Below, piece by piece: positions 49,404-59,161 of a stretch of DNA of 64,000 nucleotides. This DNA comes from Bacteroidota bacterium (lineage in GTDB: Bacteria > Bacteroidota > Bacteroidia > Bacteroidales > CAIWKO01): positions 49,586-113,585 of the forward strand of contig JBAXWF010000002.1 of assembly GCA_037128515.1 (NCBI GenBank), given 5' to 3'. The first letter of the stretch is position 1. Every line of letters begins with the position of its first letter. The notes under the pieces were generated by a model. The model searched no databases, had not been told where the DNA came from, and saw only the letters and a list, made by a program, of their open reading frames with translations. The position numbers and the translations under genes are program-made.

Positions 49404-51617
49404 TTATTGCACAAGCGTCATTTCGTCTACTAAATATTTGGCTCCGGCATATTTGTCGATAACAAACAACACGTAGCGAATATCTACACAAATGGTGCGT
49501 TGCACATCGGGTTCGTAAGCAATATCGCCGCTCATAGCTTCCCAATTGCCATCAAAAGCAATGCCAATGAGTTGTCCGTTGCCGTTAATCACTGGACTCC
49601 CCGAGTTGCCTCCCGTAATATCTAAATTGGCCGTAAAACAAACATGCATCACGCCATCTTGCCCATAGCGGCCATAATCTTTATCGTTATAGAGTTGTTT
49701 GAGTTTCGTGGGCACTATAAATTCGTCGTTGGTGGGGTCTTCTTTTTCCATAACACCTTTTAAGGTAGTGAAATAGTTGTAATGCACGGCGTCGGCTGCA
49801 TCATAATCCAGCACCTTTCCGTAAGTCATGCGCATGGTTGAGTTGGCATCGGGGTAGTACTTTTTGTTGGGATTCATTTCGCGCAAACCGGCAACAAACA
49901 GCCGATTGCCTTTATCAATTTTCGATTGCAAGTCGCCCATCGATTTGTACAAACCGCGTATGCACGTTACCATCGACAAGGTAATTTTAAAACCGGGGTC
50001 GCTCATAAGAATTTTGTAAGATGGTTTATCCAAAAATGCCGTTAAGCGAACTTTGTCAACAAAAATAGATTTGCCATACACCTCGTCGGCCCATTTGTTA
50101 AAGTCGCCTTTAAACTTTTTGTCCACCTCGTTGGTAAAAACATCGGGCCATTGTTCTTTTGCCACGTTGTCGTAATACATTTTGAGCAAAGCCACAAATA
50201 ATTTGCGGTCAGTCGGTTGGTTATAGTCTTTAAAGAACTTATCCAATTCGGGTTTAAAAGTTTCGGCAAGCGTTTTCACATCCGAGTTTAGCAGTTCTTT
50301 TGCTTTTTTATCTTTTGTATCGTTTTGCGATTTTAGTTTCATGTACAATTGAAATGCGCCAAACGAAAAGTAAACAAATTCGGGCCCTTGAAAAACGGCT
50401 TCTTCCAAATACTTCATACTCAAATTATATTTTTTCATATCCGAATATCCCTCGGCAATAAGTTTCAAAGCATCTCCATAGTTCTCTTTGCGTGCGTTAT
50501 CGGCATTCACCCAAGTTTCAAACTCATTTTCTATTCGTTTCTTTTTATCGTAAACGTCCAAACGTTTCAAACCCTTTGACTGACCAATAAAATATTTCCA
50601 ATAGTTGGCCGAACTCGCATATTTTGAAGCATATTGAAGTTTTACCTTCGGATCAGCATCCATATCTTCTTTCATGATACCCAGTTTCTTTGTGCGAACC
50701 GCAACAGTGGTCGGATTTGATTGGTCTAACGCCAATTGCACTCCGTACGAAGTCAAATAGCGGTCGGTGGAACCTGGATAGCCCCAAATCATAGAAAAGT
50801 CATCTTTTTTCACTCCTTTAAGTGATACAGGCAAATGATATTTAGGTGTTAGCGGAACGTTGTTTTCCGAATAATCGGCAGGCGAGCCATCCGCGGCCGT
50901 ATAAATTCTGAGCATAGAGAAATCGCCCGTATGCCTTGGCCACATCCAATTGTCGGTGTCGCCGCCAAATTTTCCGATAGAGGAAGGTGGAGCGCCGCAC
51001 AGCCGTACATCTTTGTATACCGTGTAAACAAACATGTAGAACTCATTGTTATTATAAAAACCGTTCACGTCAACCACGTATTTTCCTTTTTCCGAAGCTT
51101 CTTTTTCCAATTTCGACGAAGCTTTTTTAATGGCAGCTCCGCGTTCGTCTTCGGTCATTTTTGCAGTAACCTCGGCAAGCACTTTGGATGTAACATCTTC
51201 CATACGAACCAAAATAGCTGCTGTTACACCTTCGCAACGCAGTTCTTCGCTTTGTTTCATGGCCCAAAAACCATTGGTTAAATAATCATGTTCAATCGTA
51301 CTCTGACTTTGAATAGCATCAAACCCGCAATGGTGGTTGGTTAACAACAAACCCTTGTCGGAAACAATTTCTGCAGTACAAAAATGCATACTGGGGTTTT
51401 CGGTATTGCCTAGGCCAACAATAGCATCTTTCAGCGAAGCATTGTTCACGTTATAAAGTTCGTCGGCGGTTAAATGCATGCCCATTTTTTGCATATCCAC
51501 ATAATTCAGCCTGTCGATAAGCATCGGAAGCCACATACCCTCATCGGGCGGATTGGTTGCAAACACCCGAACACCCAATGTCAAGCATATCATTAAAGAA
51601 ACAAGTAGTTTTTTCAT
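49404..51617 (-). CDS. S46-family dipeptidyl-peptidase (DPP7/DPP11-like)
   Basis: Signal peptide. Motifs DEGMWLP, TNHHCG and GGNSGSPV (His/Ser catalytic contexts). Confidence 0.88.
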   Translation of the reverse strand: MKKLLVSLMICLTLGVRVFATNPPDEGMWLPMLIDRLNYVDMQKMGMHLTADELYNVNNASLKDAIVGLGNTENPSMHFCTAEIVSDKGLLLTNHHCGFDAIQSQSTIEHDYLTNGFWAMKQSEELRCEGVTAAILVRMEDVTSKVLAEVTAKMTEDERGAAIKKASSKLEKEASEKGKYVVDVNGFYNNNEFYMFVYTVYKDVRLCGAPPSSIGKFGGDTDNWMWPRHTGDFSMLRIYTAADGSPADYSENNVPLTPKYHLPVSLKGVKKDDFSMIWGYPGSTDRYLTSYGVQLALDQSNPTTVAVRTKKLGIMKEDMDADPKVKLQYASKYASSANYWKYFIGQSKGLKRLDVYDKKKRIENEFETWVNADNARKENYGDALKLIAEGYSDMKKYNLSMKYLEEAVFQGPEFVYFSFGAFQLYMKLKSQNDTKDKKAKELLNSDVKTLAETFKPELDKFFKDYNQPTDRKLFVALLKMYYDNVAKEQWPDVFTNEVDKKFKGDFNKWADEVYGKSIFVDKVRLTAFLDKPSYKILMSDPGFKITLSMVTCIRGLYKSMGDLQSKIDKGNRLFVAGLREMNPNKKYYPDANSTMRMTYGKVLDYDAADAVHYNYFTTLKGVMEKEDPTNDEFIVPTKLKQLYNDKDYGRYGQDGVMHVCFTANLDITGGNSGSPVINGNGQLIGIAFDGNWEAMSGDIAYEPDVQRTICVDIRYVLFVIDKYAGAKYLVDEMTLVQ

Positions 51618-51665
51618 AGTTTTTTTGATTAATATTAGTAATTGATAAATAAAAATTTCATAGTG

Positions 51666-51673
51666 CAAAGTTA
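51666..51673 (-). promoter_or_regulatory. candidate -7 box TAACTTTG for the S46 peptidase gene
   Basis: TAnnTTTG match on the minus strand, 49 nt upstream of the start. Confidence 0.4.
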
Positions 51674-51781
51674 ATTTATTGAAGCAGGGAAATTCAAATT
51701 TCCACTAATCCGAAAAATTGGCTGGCTGGCAAAAATATAATTAAAACCGCTTCGCGCGATTCAAATGTGGTTACTGCAAAG

Positions 51782-54145
51782 CTACGTCTTTTTCTTATAC
51801 GAAAAACGTTTAACTACCGAAATTATTATTCCAATAAAAAAGATAAATCCGCCCAGCCACATGACCCAAATAAATGGATATTCGTAAACTTTAATGATAA
51901 CGAAATCGGTTTTCTTCTGAAAAACATACAATCGACACGATGCCTCATCGGCATATACCAATTCTATTTTCAAATTGGTTTCTGGAATTTCAATACTTTT
52001 GGGTTTACGCGAGTCGTTCGAAAGCACCATGTCAAATTTTTCGCCATCCATATAAGCAAATTGCAAATAAACATTAAAAACCGAATCCTGAACCGATTTG
52101 CCGCGTTCAATACCATTCGTAATTATTTTGCCCATGCGAGTATTTATGGTATCAATGCTTTTCATTATAATGCTGTCTGCATTTTTGTATTCATCGCCTG
52201 TAATTTCGGCATACGTCAAAAAAACCTGAACATCTTTTTTGAAATAGTGCACTATATCAGGAAAAAAAACAGTATTCATTTGTTCACTGCTTTCAACCGA
52301 AGGAAACATGGAGTTGGTCATATAATACTTCCCGTCTTTTTGTAGCAAAAAGTCGATTTGGTAATAAACTCTTTTTTCTTTAATTGTTCGGTTGCTATAT
52401 GATATAAACCGTTTGTTCGAAAGCGGAATAATTTTGCCTTTCACCGCCATAATCCCCTCCTGATTCATGTTTCGTTGTGGTGTTTTACTGTCAATTTCTT
52501 GCTTCAGTGTAAATGTGATTAACACCCCCAACAGAAAAATAGCCAATCCCACATGCGAAATAATAGCAGCATTGTTTTTTTTGCCATTTTTCAGGCGCAG
52601 TCTATTGTCTAAAGTCCCCAAAATGCAAAACAGCATACTGAACAAAAACACGGTTCGGATTAAACTCAAATCCAATAGGGTAAAATAGATAATAACGGTT
52701 GCAAGCATTGCGGCTATTGCCACAAACAGCATGCTGAATAAACTTTGCTTCGATATTTTTACTTTAAACGGAAAATATTGCGATAATCCAATGAGTAGTA
52801 AAACAACACTTGCAAAACCCATTTGCCAGGCGTTATAAAAAGTTTCGGTATCGATAGGAGCTGCTAAGTTGATACCAAAAATTTTGTTTATCAGTGGCAA
52901 CGAAGTAATAAATATGATTTGAAAAGCCGACAAAATCAAAACTATAGCACCAATGTATAACAAAATTTCTTTAGTGATGTTATTTTGGTTTTTTACTTCT
53001 TCAGGCGCTGCATGGGTTTCCTCAGCCCGATTTTTAGAGTTATTTTTTGATTTTAGAAGCAAAATGAGGCACGGAAACAAAAGAAAAATAAAGGCAATAA
53101 TTCCAAACGTATATAAAGTAGTCGACCCTGAAAATGAATGAACAGAAGAATTTTGCAGCACACCACTTCGTGTCAAAAATGCCGCATACAGCACAAAACA
53201 AAAAGGTAAAAAATTAAATACCTGAGCTATGGTAGCAATAGGCTTATTTTTAATGAGCACCAAATTAAAATGCAAAGCTGCAACCAAAACAATCCAAGGA
53301 ATCAAAGATGCGTTTTCCACGGGGTCCCACGCCCAGAACCCGCCAAAAGTTAAATCCTGATAGGCCCAAACTCCACCCAGCAATAATCCGGCACTCATAA
53401 AAACCATGGCTGTAACATTCCAGGGGAGCACTTTTCTGACAAAGCCGGTAACTTTTACTTTCAACAAAAATGCAATGGTATAGGCATAAGGTACCATGCA
53501 TAATGCATATCCCAGAAATAATAAGGGTGGATGCGAAACCATCCAAGGGTTTTTTAATAGCGGATTCAAACCATTGCCATTGGCTATCAAACTAGCATAG
53601 TTGGGCATACGAAAGAAATTAAGATTTGCATAGTTTGGATTGTTTCGTAAGAGCTCAAAAGGACTGTTACCAAAACTAAAATTGCCAAAATTGAATCCCA
53701 ACAATAGAAATGAAAATACAAAAACAACTGCTGAATAGGTCAGCAGCAATTCGGCTTTTAAAGGTTTTTCTATAATCAAATTAATCATTCCCACCAATCC
53801 AATCAGAAAAAGCCAAAGCAACAAACTTCCTTCCTGACCTGCCCACAGGCTAGAAATTAGATAATGCAAAGGCAATTCAACAGAAGAATATCGGTACACA
53901 TAACTATATTCAAAATAGTGGTTAAAAATATTGGTATAAAGCATAGCGAGTGCAACGCTTATCATAATAAAACAAAGTGCAAACAAAGGATTTACCCATT
54001 TGTAAAATCGAAATTTATTATTCTTTGCTTTAATTAAATACACACTGAATAGAAACAGGCATCCTGCCAAAAACATGGCAATAAAAAGGCTTGTATTTCC
54101 GGTTATGCCGGTGGCTAAATGTTCTCCTTGAAAAATTCCTTTCAT
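51782..54145 (-). CDS. CcmF/NrfE-type cytochrome c heme lyase-family membrane protein with a C-terminal extracytoplasmic extension
   Basis: Trp-rich heme-handling motif WGGFWAWDPVENASLIPW. 787 aa, polytopic. Confidence 0.8.
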   Translation of the reverse strand: MKGIFQGEHLATGITGNTSLFIAMFLAGCLFLFSVYLIKAKNNKFRFYKWVNPLFALCFIMISVALAMLYTNIFNHYFEYSYVYRYSSVELPLHYLISSLWAGQEGSLLLWLFLIGLVGMINLIIEKPLKAELLLTYSAVVFVFSFLLLGFNFGNFSFGNSPFELLRNNPNYANLNFFRMPNYASLIANGNGLNPLLKNPWMVSHPPLLFLGYALCMVPYAYTIAFLLKVKVTGFVRKVLPWNVTAMVFMSAGLLLGGVWAYQDLTFGGFWAWDPVENASLIPWIVLVAALHFNLVLIKNKPIATIAQVFNFLPFCFVLYAAFLTRSGVLQNSSVHSFSGSTTLYTFGIIAFIFLLFPCLILLLKSKNNSKNRAEETHAAPEEVKNQNNITKEILLYIGAIVLILSAFQIIFITSLPLINKIFGINLAAPIDTETFYNAWQMGFASVVLLLIGLSQYFPFKVKISKQSLFSMLFVAIAAMLATVIIYFTLLDLSLIRTVFLFSMLFCILGTLDNRLRLKNGKKNNAAIISHVGLAIFLLGVLITFTLKQEIDSKTPQRNMNQEGIMAVKGKIIPLSNKRFISYSNRTIKEKRVYYQIDFLLQKDGKYYMTNSMFPSVESSEQMNTVFFPDIVHYFKKDVQVFLTYAEITGDEYKNADSIIMKSIDTINTRMGKIITNGIERGKSVQDSVFNVYLQFAYMDGEKFDMVLSNDSRKPKSIEIPETNLKIELVYADEASCRLYVFQKKTDFVIIKVYEYPFIWVMWLGGFIFFIGIIISVVKRFSYKKKT

Positions 54146-54164
54146 AAAGCAAAATAAATGATAA

Positions 54165-54911
54165 TTAGTTGTTTTTAGCGATTGAACTGTCGTTTGCTTT
54201 TTTTTCTTTCAGATCGGTACCTGTAAGTGTGATTCCTATTTTTTTGGAAGTGTATTTCGAATACATATTACCTCCCAAATGGGTTGCATTTTCGAGCGAT
54301 GAATTCGACTCCCGTATCAAATAAATATTGACTAAACCTGAAACGATGTTTTTCAATGCAGATGGTTTGATAGATAACGAAGTCGTTCCTACAATATTTG
54401 TATAATCTGAGCACGTATTGTGCGCATTGTCTTCAACATAAAGTGTTATATTCTCATTATTACGCAAAGGCAAAACCCATTCAACACCAATTCCTTTACT
54501 TTTGTCGGCTGTTACCGGAAATTTTGATATTTCAACAGGCACAATACAGGCAGTATTCGCGTATTTATTTTTGTCGCAATCCCCATAAACAAAGGAATAA
54601 AAAGGTTTGTAATTGGTTTGACGAAAAATTTGATAAAAAGCTCCTGAAAAGAAATTTTGTTCTTGAGGCATTTGTTCATTATCAAAAGTCACATCAGCTG
54701 GTTTTGTGAGCAAAAGCGTTGTGCCACTTGATCCTCCGAAACGGAAAGTGGCAGTAGCGGTTAACTCTTTTTCGCCGGAATCATAACTCACACTGTATGA
54801 TTGATAAATTTCCGATTGTTTCACTGTGTCAGAATTTGCAACTTCATTTGAAACGCATGAGGCAAGAAAAATTATTAATACTAAAACAAATGAATAAAAA
54901 AATGTTTTCAT
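54165..54911 (-). CDS. hypothetical lipoprotein
   Basis: Signal peptide plus lipobox (IFLASC). Lies 19 nt upstream of the CcmF-like gene. Confidence 0.7.
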   Translation of the reverse strand: MKTFFYSFVLVLIIFLASCVSNEVANSDTVKQSEIYQSYSVSYDSGEKELTATATFRFGGSSGTTLLLTKPADVTFDNEQMPQEQNFFSGAFYQIFRQTNYKPFYSFVYGDCDKNKYANTACIVPVEISKFPVTADKSKGIGVEWVLPLRNNENITLYVEDNAHNTCSDYTNIVGTTSLSIKPSALKNIVSGLVNIYLIRESNSSLENATHLGGNMYSKYTSKKIGITLTGTDLKEKKANDSSIAKNN

Positions 54912-54970
54912 CTTTTATAGAATATAAGTTTTACCAAAATTATTAAAAAAAAACGAATAAATTACTTTTG

Positions 54971-55765
54971 TCAAAAACAACCATCAACAAACGTTTTTAC
55001 TGCATAATACGTTTTTTCTTTTGCTTCAATGTAGCCCATGTGAGCAATATCGCCCAGCAATAATGCAACGGTATCATTCGGCATGGCAATTTGCTCAAGA
55101 ACTTTATCGAACGGTATGCGACTGTCAAGCTTTCCAGCAATAAATAATACAGGAATTTTTAAATTCTTTAATACGTGACATCTATCGCTACGTTTTGCCA
55201 TGCCGCAATTGCATGCTATAACACCATCGGCCGACATTTTCTTTGAACTGTCAACAAGAGCTGCAATTTCAGATGCATATTTTTCCTGATTTTTTGGAGC
55301 AAATAAGGAAGGAATAAAGCTACTTAAAAAATTTTGGTGATGTTCTTTAATAACTTCATTTGTACGATAGCGGTTTTGTTTTACTTCACTATTGTCAGCA
55401 TAGGCCGATGAATGAAACAAGCATAATCCTTTCAGCATTTCCGAAAACTTTTCGGCAAAAGCCAATGATACATACCCTCCCATTGAATGACCAACAATAA
55501 CAGATTTATTTATTTTTAAACTTTCTAGAATCGTAACAACACATTCGGCCATCAATTCCATTGTATGTATTTCAGCAACACAATCGCTCAAACCATGACC
55601 GGGCAAGTCGATACATACAACCTGATAGTTTTCAGAAAGCCTTTTTGAAAATTCATTCCAAATGGCTAAAGATTCAGTAAAGCCATGCACTAATACAATT
55701 GCCTCGCCTTTACCATCTGCAGTATAATGTATTTTTTTACCACGAAAATTAATGTATTGGTTCAT
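54971..55765 (-). CDS. alpha/beta-fold hydrolase
   Basis: Nucleophile elbow VGHSMGG and an HG oxyanion motif (VLVHGF). Confidence 0.85.
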   Translation of the reverse strand: MNQYINFRGKKIHYTADGKGEAIVLVHGFTESLAIWNEFSKRLSENYQVVCIDLPGHGLSDCVAEIHTMELMAECVVTILESLKINKSVIVGHSMGGYVSLAFAEKFSEMLKGLCLFHSSAYADNSEVKQNRYRTNEVIKEHHQNFLSSFIPSLFAPKNQEKYASEIAALVDSSKKMSADGVIACNCGMAKRSDRCHVLKNLKIPVLFIAGKLDSRIPFDKVLEQIAMPNDTVALLLGDIAHMGYIEAKEKTYYAVKTFVDGCF

Positions 55766-55836
55766 AATATTATTTTTTTTGTAAAATTAAAAATTAATTC
55801 CTTTCGGGAATTTTAAAATTATTGTCATTAATATAA

Positions 55837-55844
55837 TATTTTTG
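55837..55844 (+). promoter_or_regulatory. candidate -7 box TATTTTTG for the permease gene
   Basis: TAnnTTTG match, 17 nt upstream of GTG 55862. Confidence 0.35.
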
Positions 55845-55861
55845 CAGAAACATACTTTTTC

Positions 55862-57088
55862 GTGTTCAGAAAAAAACTATATTTAAGTTCAGGTTCCCTT
55901 TCAAAATTAGCGTTTCGGAAAGTATTGCAGAATCGTTTTGCACTCGTATCAATTGTTTTTGTCATATTCTTGATTCTCGTTGCATTATTAGGTTATTTAA
56001 TCACACCCGATTCAACGCCATATGCAAATTCACAATTTTTGGAATTAAATAAAAAGAAACCCGGGTTTGCTATACAAATGCTCAAAGTGCGCAAAAATGA
56101 ACCCGAGCACCACACCAATTTTTTTAAGCAAATGATTTCGGGTGCTGAGTCAAATTATACTTATATTCCTATCTTTAGTTATTATTTTAAGAATTGGGAA
56201 ATAGTAATTGAAGAATACACGGGTATGTCTCCAAATGAAGGCGAAATAAAATCGTTCAATTTAGCGGATGTTATCTATTCTATTCAACAGGATAAGCCGG
56301 TAAAGGTTGATGGGGATTTATTAAAATTTATTGACTATGCAGGAGAAACAAAAAATGTCGCCATTTCAGACATGGTGGCTAAAGTTAAAAACGAGAATAT
56401 CGTTAAGAAATATTTTTTATTTGGAACCGACCGTTTTGGAAGAGATATTTTAAGCCAGATCATGATAGGTGCGCGTGTGAGTTTGTCGGTTGGCTTTATT
56501 TCTGTCTTTATTTCGTTGGTTATTGGAATATTGCTTGGTGCTTTGTCCGGCTACTACAGAGGTTGGGTTGATAATTTAATAATGTGGTTTATTAATGTAG
56601 TGTGGTCAATACCAACATTGTTATTGGTAATCGCCATAACATTTGTCTTAGGTAAAGGTTTTTGGCAAGTTTTTATTGCCATCGGTTTAACTATGTGGGT
56701 TGAGGTTGCAAGAGTAGTGAGGGGGCAGATATTAAGTATTCGCGAAAAAGAATTTGTTGAAGCCGGAGTTGCCTTAGGTTATAAATCGGGTCGAATTATC
56801 TTCAGACATATATTACCAAATGTTATGTCGCCTGTTATAGTGATTTCAGCTGCAAATTTTGCATCGGCAATTTTAATCGAATCGGGTTTGAGTTTTCTAG
56901 GTATAGGAGTACAGCCTCCCATGCCATCATGGGGTTCAATGATTAAAGAACACTATGGATATATTATTCTTGACTCTGCTTATTTGGCAGTCATACCCGG
57001 AATTGCTATAATGCTAACTGTTTTAGCATTTATGCTTACCGGAAATGCTTTGCGCGATGCACTTGATGTGAAGATGGTAAATAAGTAA
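55862..57088 (+). CDS. ABC transporter permease (OppC/DppC-like), no partner genes adjacent
   Basis: Large loop after TM1 and a C-terminal MetI-like permease domain (SIREKEFVEAGVALGY). GTG start. Confidence 0.8.
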   Translation: MFRKKLYLSSGSLSKLAFRKVLQNRFALVSIVFVIFLILVALLGYLITPDSTPYANSQFLELNKKKPGFAIQMLKVRKNEPEHHTNFFKQMISGAESNYTYIPIFSYYFKNWEIVIEEYTGMSPNEGEIKSFNLADVIYSIQQDKPVKVDGDLLKFIDYAGETKNVAISDMVAKVKNENIVKKYFLFGTDRFGRDILSQIMIGARVSLSVGFISVFISLVIGILLGALSGYYRGWVDNLIMWFINVVWSIPTLLLVIAITFVLGKGFWQVFIAIGLTMWVEVARVVRGQILSIREKEFVEAGVALGYKSGRIIFRHILPNVMSPVIVISAANFASAILIESGLSFLGIGVQPPMPSWGSMIKEHYGYIILDSAYLAVIPGIAIMLTVLAFMLTGNALRDALDVKMVNK

Positions 57089-57126
57089 GAAAAAATTGTT
57101 TTTATTTGCAATTTAATTTATTTGTG

Positions 57127-57134
57127 TATATTTG
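57127..57134 (+). promoter_or_regulatory. candidate rho promoter (-7 TATATTTG, with TTTG at 57105-57108 as a -33-like element)
   Basis: TAnnTTTG with an upstream TTTG 18 nt away. This leaves a ~125-nt leader before the rho ATG. Confidence 0.4.
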
Positions 57135-57260
57135 CATCGATTTTCCTAGTTAGTATAAGTTTCAGCAGCATTCGTTTGTTGAAAATTTCAGAAAATAAAT
57201 CTAAAAATTTCAAATTATTGTTTATTTAAACAAATAATACCTTAACCCAAATTAACCTTT

Positions 57261-59093
57261 ATGTACAACATCATTGACCTTAATGGAATGACTATTCCCG
57301 AACTACGCGAAATCGCTGACAAACTTAGTATTCCGGATTCCGAAGACCTAAGAAAAAAAGACCTTATCCATAAAATTCTGGATGTCCAAGCTATTAAACC
57401 CGATGAATTAAAAAAAGAGTCAAGACCTGTTGAAGAAAACGGAAAAAATCGTAGAAAAGTAACGCAACGACGCACACGTATTGATAACCCAGAATTAAAA
57501 ACCAATTCGGTTACAGAAAATCAACTATCCCAACCTGAAAAAGTTTTTTCTAAAAACTTAAAGTTTGCATACGGCACAAGAAATAATAATAAAAGACATG
57601 ATGCACCTAGTGTAGAAAACAAACAAAGTGTCCCAAAAAAGATTGAAACACCTTCTCCCGATATGATTTATAAGAAAGAATTATTTGAAGAAGAAGCAAA
57701 AAAATTTGATTTTATTTTGCCTTCACTCGATGATGAACCAATAACTGTGAATGAAGTTTCGGGTGCACAAGATGAAACGACCACAATAGCTGTTGTCGAA
57801 TCGGTTAATAGCGAAGAAAATCAGGTAAAACTGGATGCCGAAAAAGAAAGCATCGTTTCTACTTTAAATGAAGAAATTAAGGTAATTGATCAAGAGCCTC
57901 CAACTCGTGAATTACAGCATAAACATCGCACACCACAACCACAACGTGAAAAACAGCCTGAATATGCTTTTGAATTTGAAGGAATTGTTTCTAGCGAAGG
58001 CGTTTTGGAAATTATGCCCGATGGATACGGATTTTTACGTTCTTCAGATTATAATTATCTGAATTCGCCCGACGATATTTATGTATCCCAATCACAAATA
58101 AAACTTTTTGGTCTAAAAACCGGTGATACATTGAAAGGAAGAATTAGGCCACCGAAGGAAGGCGAAAAATATTTCCCTTTAATTAAAGTTGAACATATTA
58201 ATGGACGTAGCCCCGAAATAGTTCGAGACCGCGTAAATTTTGACCATCTCACTCCTTTGTTCCCTGAAAAGAAATTAAAACTAACAGGACATCCAAGCAT
58301 GACCATGACTACACGCATCATGGATATGTTTACGCCCATTGGCAAAGGTCAAAGAGGTTTGATTGTGGCACAACCAAAAACCGGTAAAACCATGATATTA
58401 AAAGAAATCGCCAATGCGGTTGCATTCAATCATCCTGAAGTTTACTTAATTATTTTACTTGTTGACGAGCGCCCCGAAGAAGTTACAGACATGCAGCGTA
58501 GTGTAAATGCCGAAGTGATTGCTTCAACTTTTGATGAGCCGGCTGATAGACATGTGAAAATTGCGAACATTGTTCTTGAAAAAGCAAAACGTTTAGTAGA
58601 ATGCGGTCATGATGTGATGATTTTACTCGATTCTATCACCCGTTTGGCGCGCGCATACAATACGGTGGCACCGGCTTCCGGAAAAGTGCTTTCAGGAGGG
58701 GTTGAAGCGTCTGCACTTCAAAAACCTAAAAAATTCTTTGGCGCCGCCCGACAAATCGAAAATGGTGGTTCACTCACAATTATTGCAACAGCATTAACCG
58801 AAACAGGTTCCAAAATGGATGAAGTAATTTTCGAGGAATTTAAAGGTACAGGCAATATGGAACTTCAATTGGAGCGTAAACTTTCGAACAAACGTATTTT
58901 TCCTTCAATTGATATTGTTGCTTCAAGTACACGTCGCGATGATTTGTTGCATGATAAGGAATCGCTGCAACGTATTTGGGTGCTACGTAATCACCTTGCA
59001 GATATGAATCCTTTAGAAGCAATGGAATTCTTAAAAGACAAAATGAAATTTGCGCAAACCAATGAAGAATTTTTGGTTTTCATGAATGGATAA
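57261..59093 (+). CDS. rho: transcription termination factor Rho with a ~195-aa N-terminal insertion domain
   Basis: N-terminal [13 protein letters not shown], a CSD-like segment, Walker A PKTGKT, and the C-terminal RecA core. 610 aa. Confidence 0.95.
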   Translation: MYNIIDLNGMTIPELREIADKLSIPDSEDLRKKDLIHKILDVQAIKPDELKKESRPVEENGKNRRKVTQRRTRIDNPELKTNSVTENQLSQPEKVFSKNLKFAYGTRNNNKRHDAPSVENKQSVPKKIETPSPDMIYKKELFEEEAKKFDFILPSLDDEPITVNEVSGAQDETTTIAVVESVNSEENQVKLDAEKESIVSTLNEEIKVIDQEPPTRELQHKHRTPQPQREKQPEYAFEFEGIVSSEGVLEIMPDGYGFLRSSDYNYLNSPDDIYVSQSQIKLFGLKTGDTLKGRIRPPKEGEKYFPLIKVEHINGRSPEIVRDRVNFDHLTPLFPEKKLKLTGHPSMTMTTRIMDMFTPIGKGQRGLIVAQPKTGKTMILKEIANAVAFNHPEVYLIILLVDERPEEVTDMQRSVNAEVIASTFDEPADRHVKIANIVLEKAKRLVECGHDVMILLDSITRLARAYNTVAPASGKVLSGGVEASALQKPKKFFGAARQIENGGSLTIIATALTETGSKMDEVIFEEFKGTGNMELQLERKLSNKRIFPSIDIVASSTRRDDLLHDKESLQRIWVLRNHLADMNPLEAMEFLKDKMKFAQTNEEFLVFMNG

Positions 59094-59112
59094 AATACTT
59101 CGGAGAAAAAAA

Positions 59113-59146
59113 ACGCCCTGAAAAATATTTTTCAGGGCGTTTTTTT
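59113..59146. terminator. bidirectional terminator between convergent rho and the DUF1573 gene
   Basis: ACGCCCTGAAAAA/TTTTTCAGGGCGT stem followed by T6. Confidence 0.8.
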
Positions 59147-59161
59147 ATGAAATAAAATTTA

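Noticed and set aside
51767-52345. 192-aa plus-strand ORF antisense to the CcmF-like gene.
   Set aside because: The translation is low-complexity (Asn/Phe/Ile-rich) and lies entirely within a well-supported minus-strand gene.
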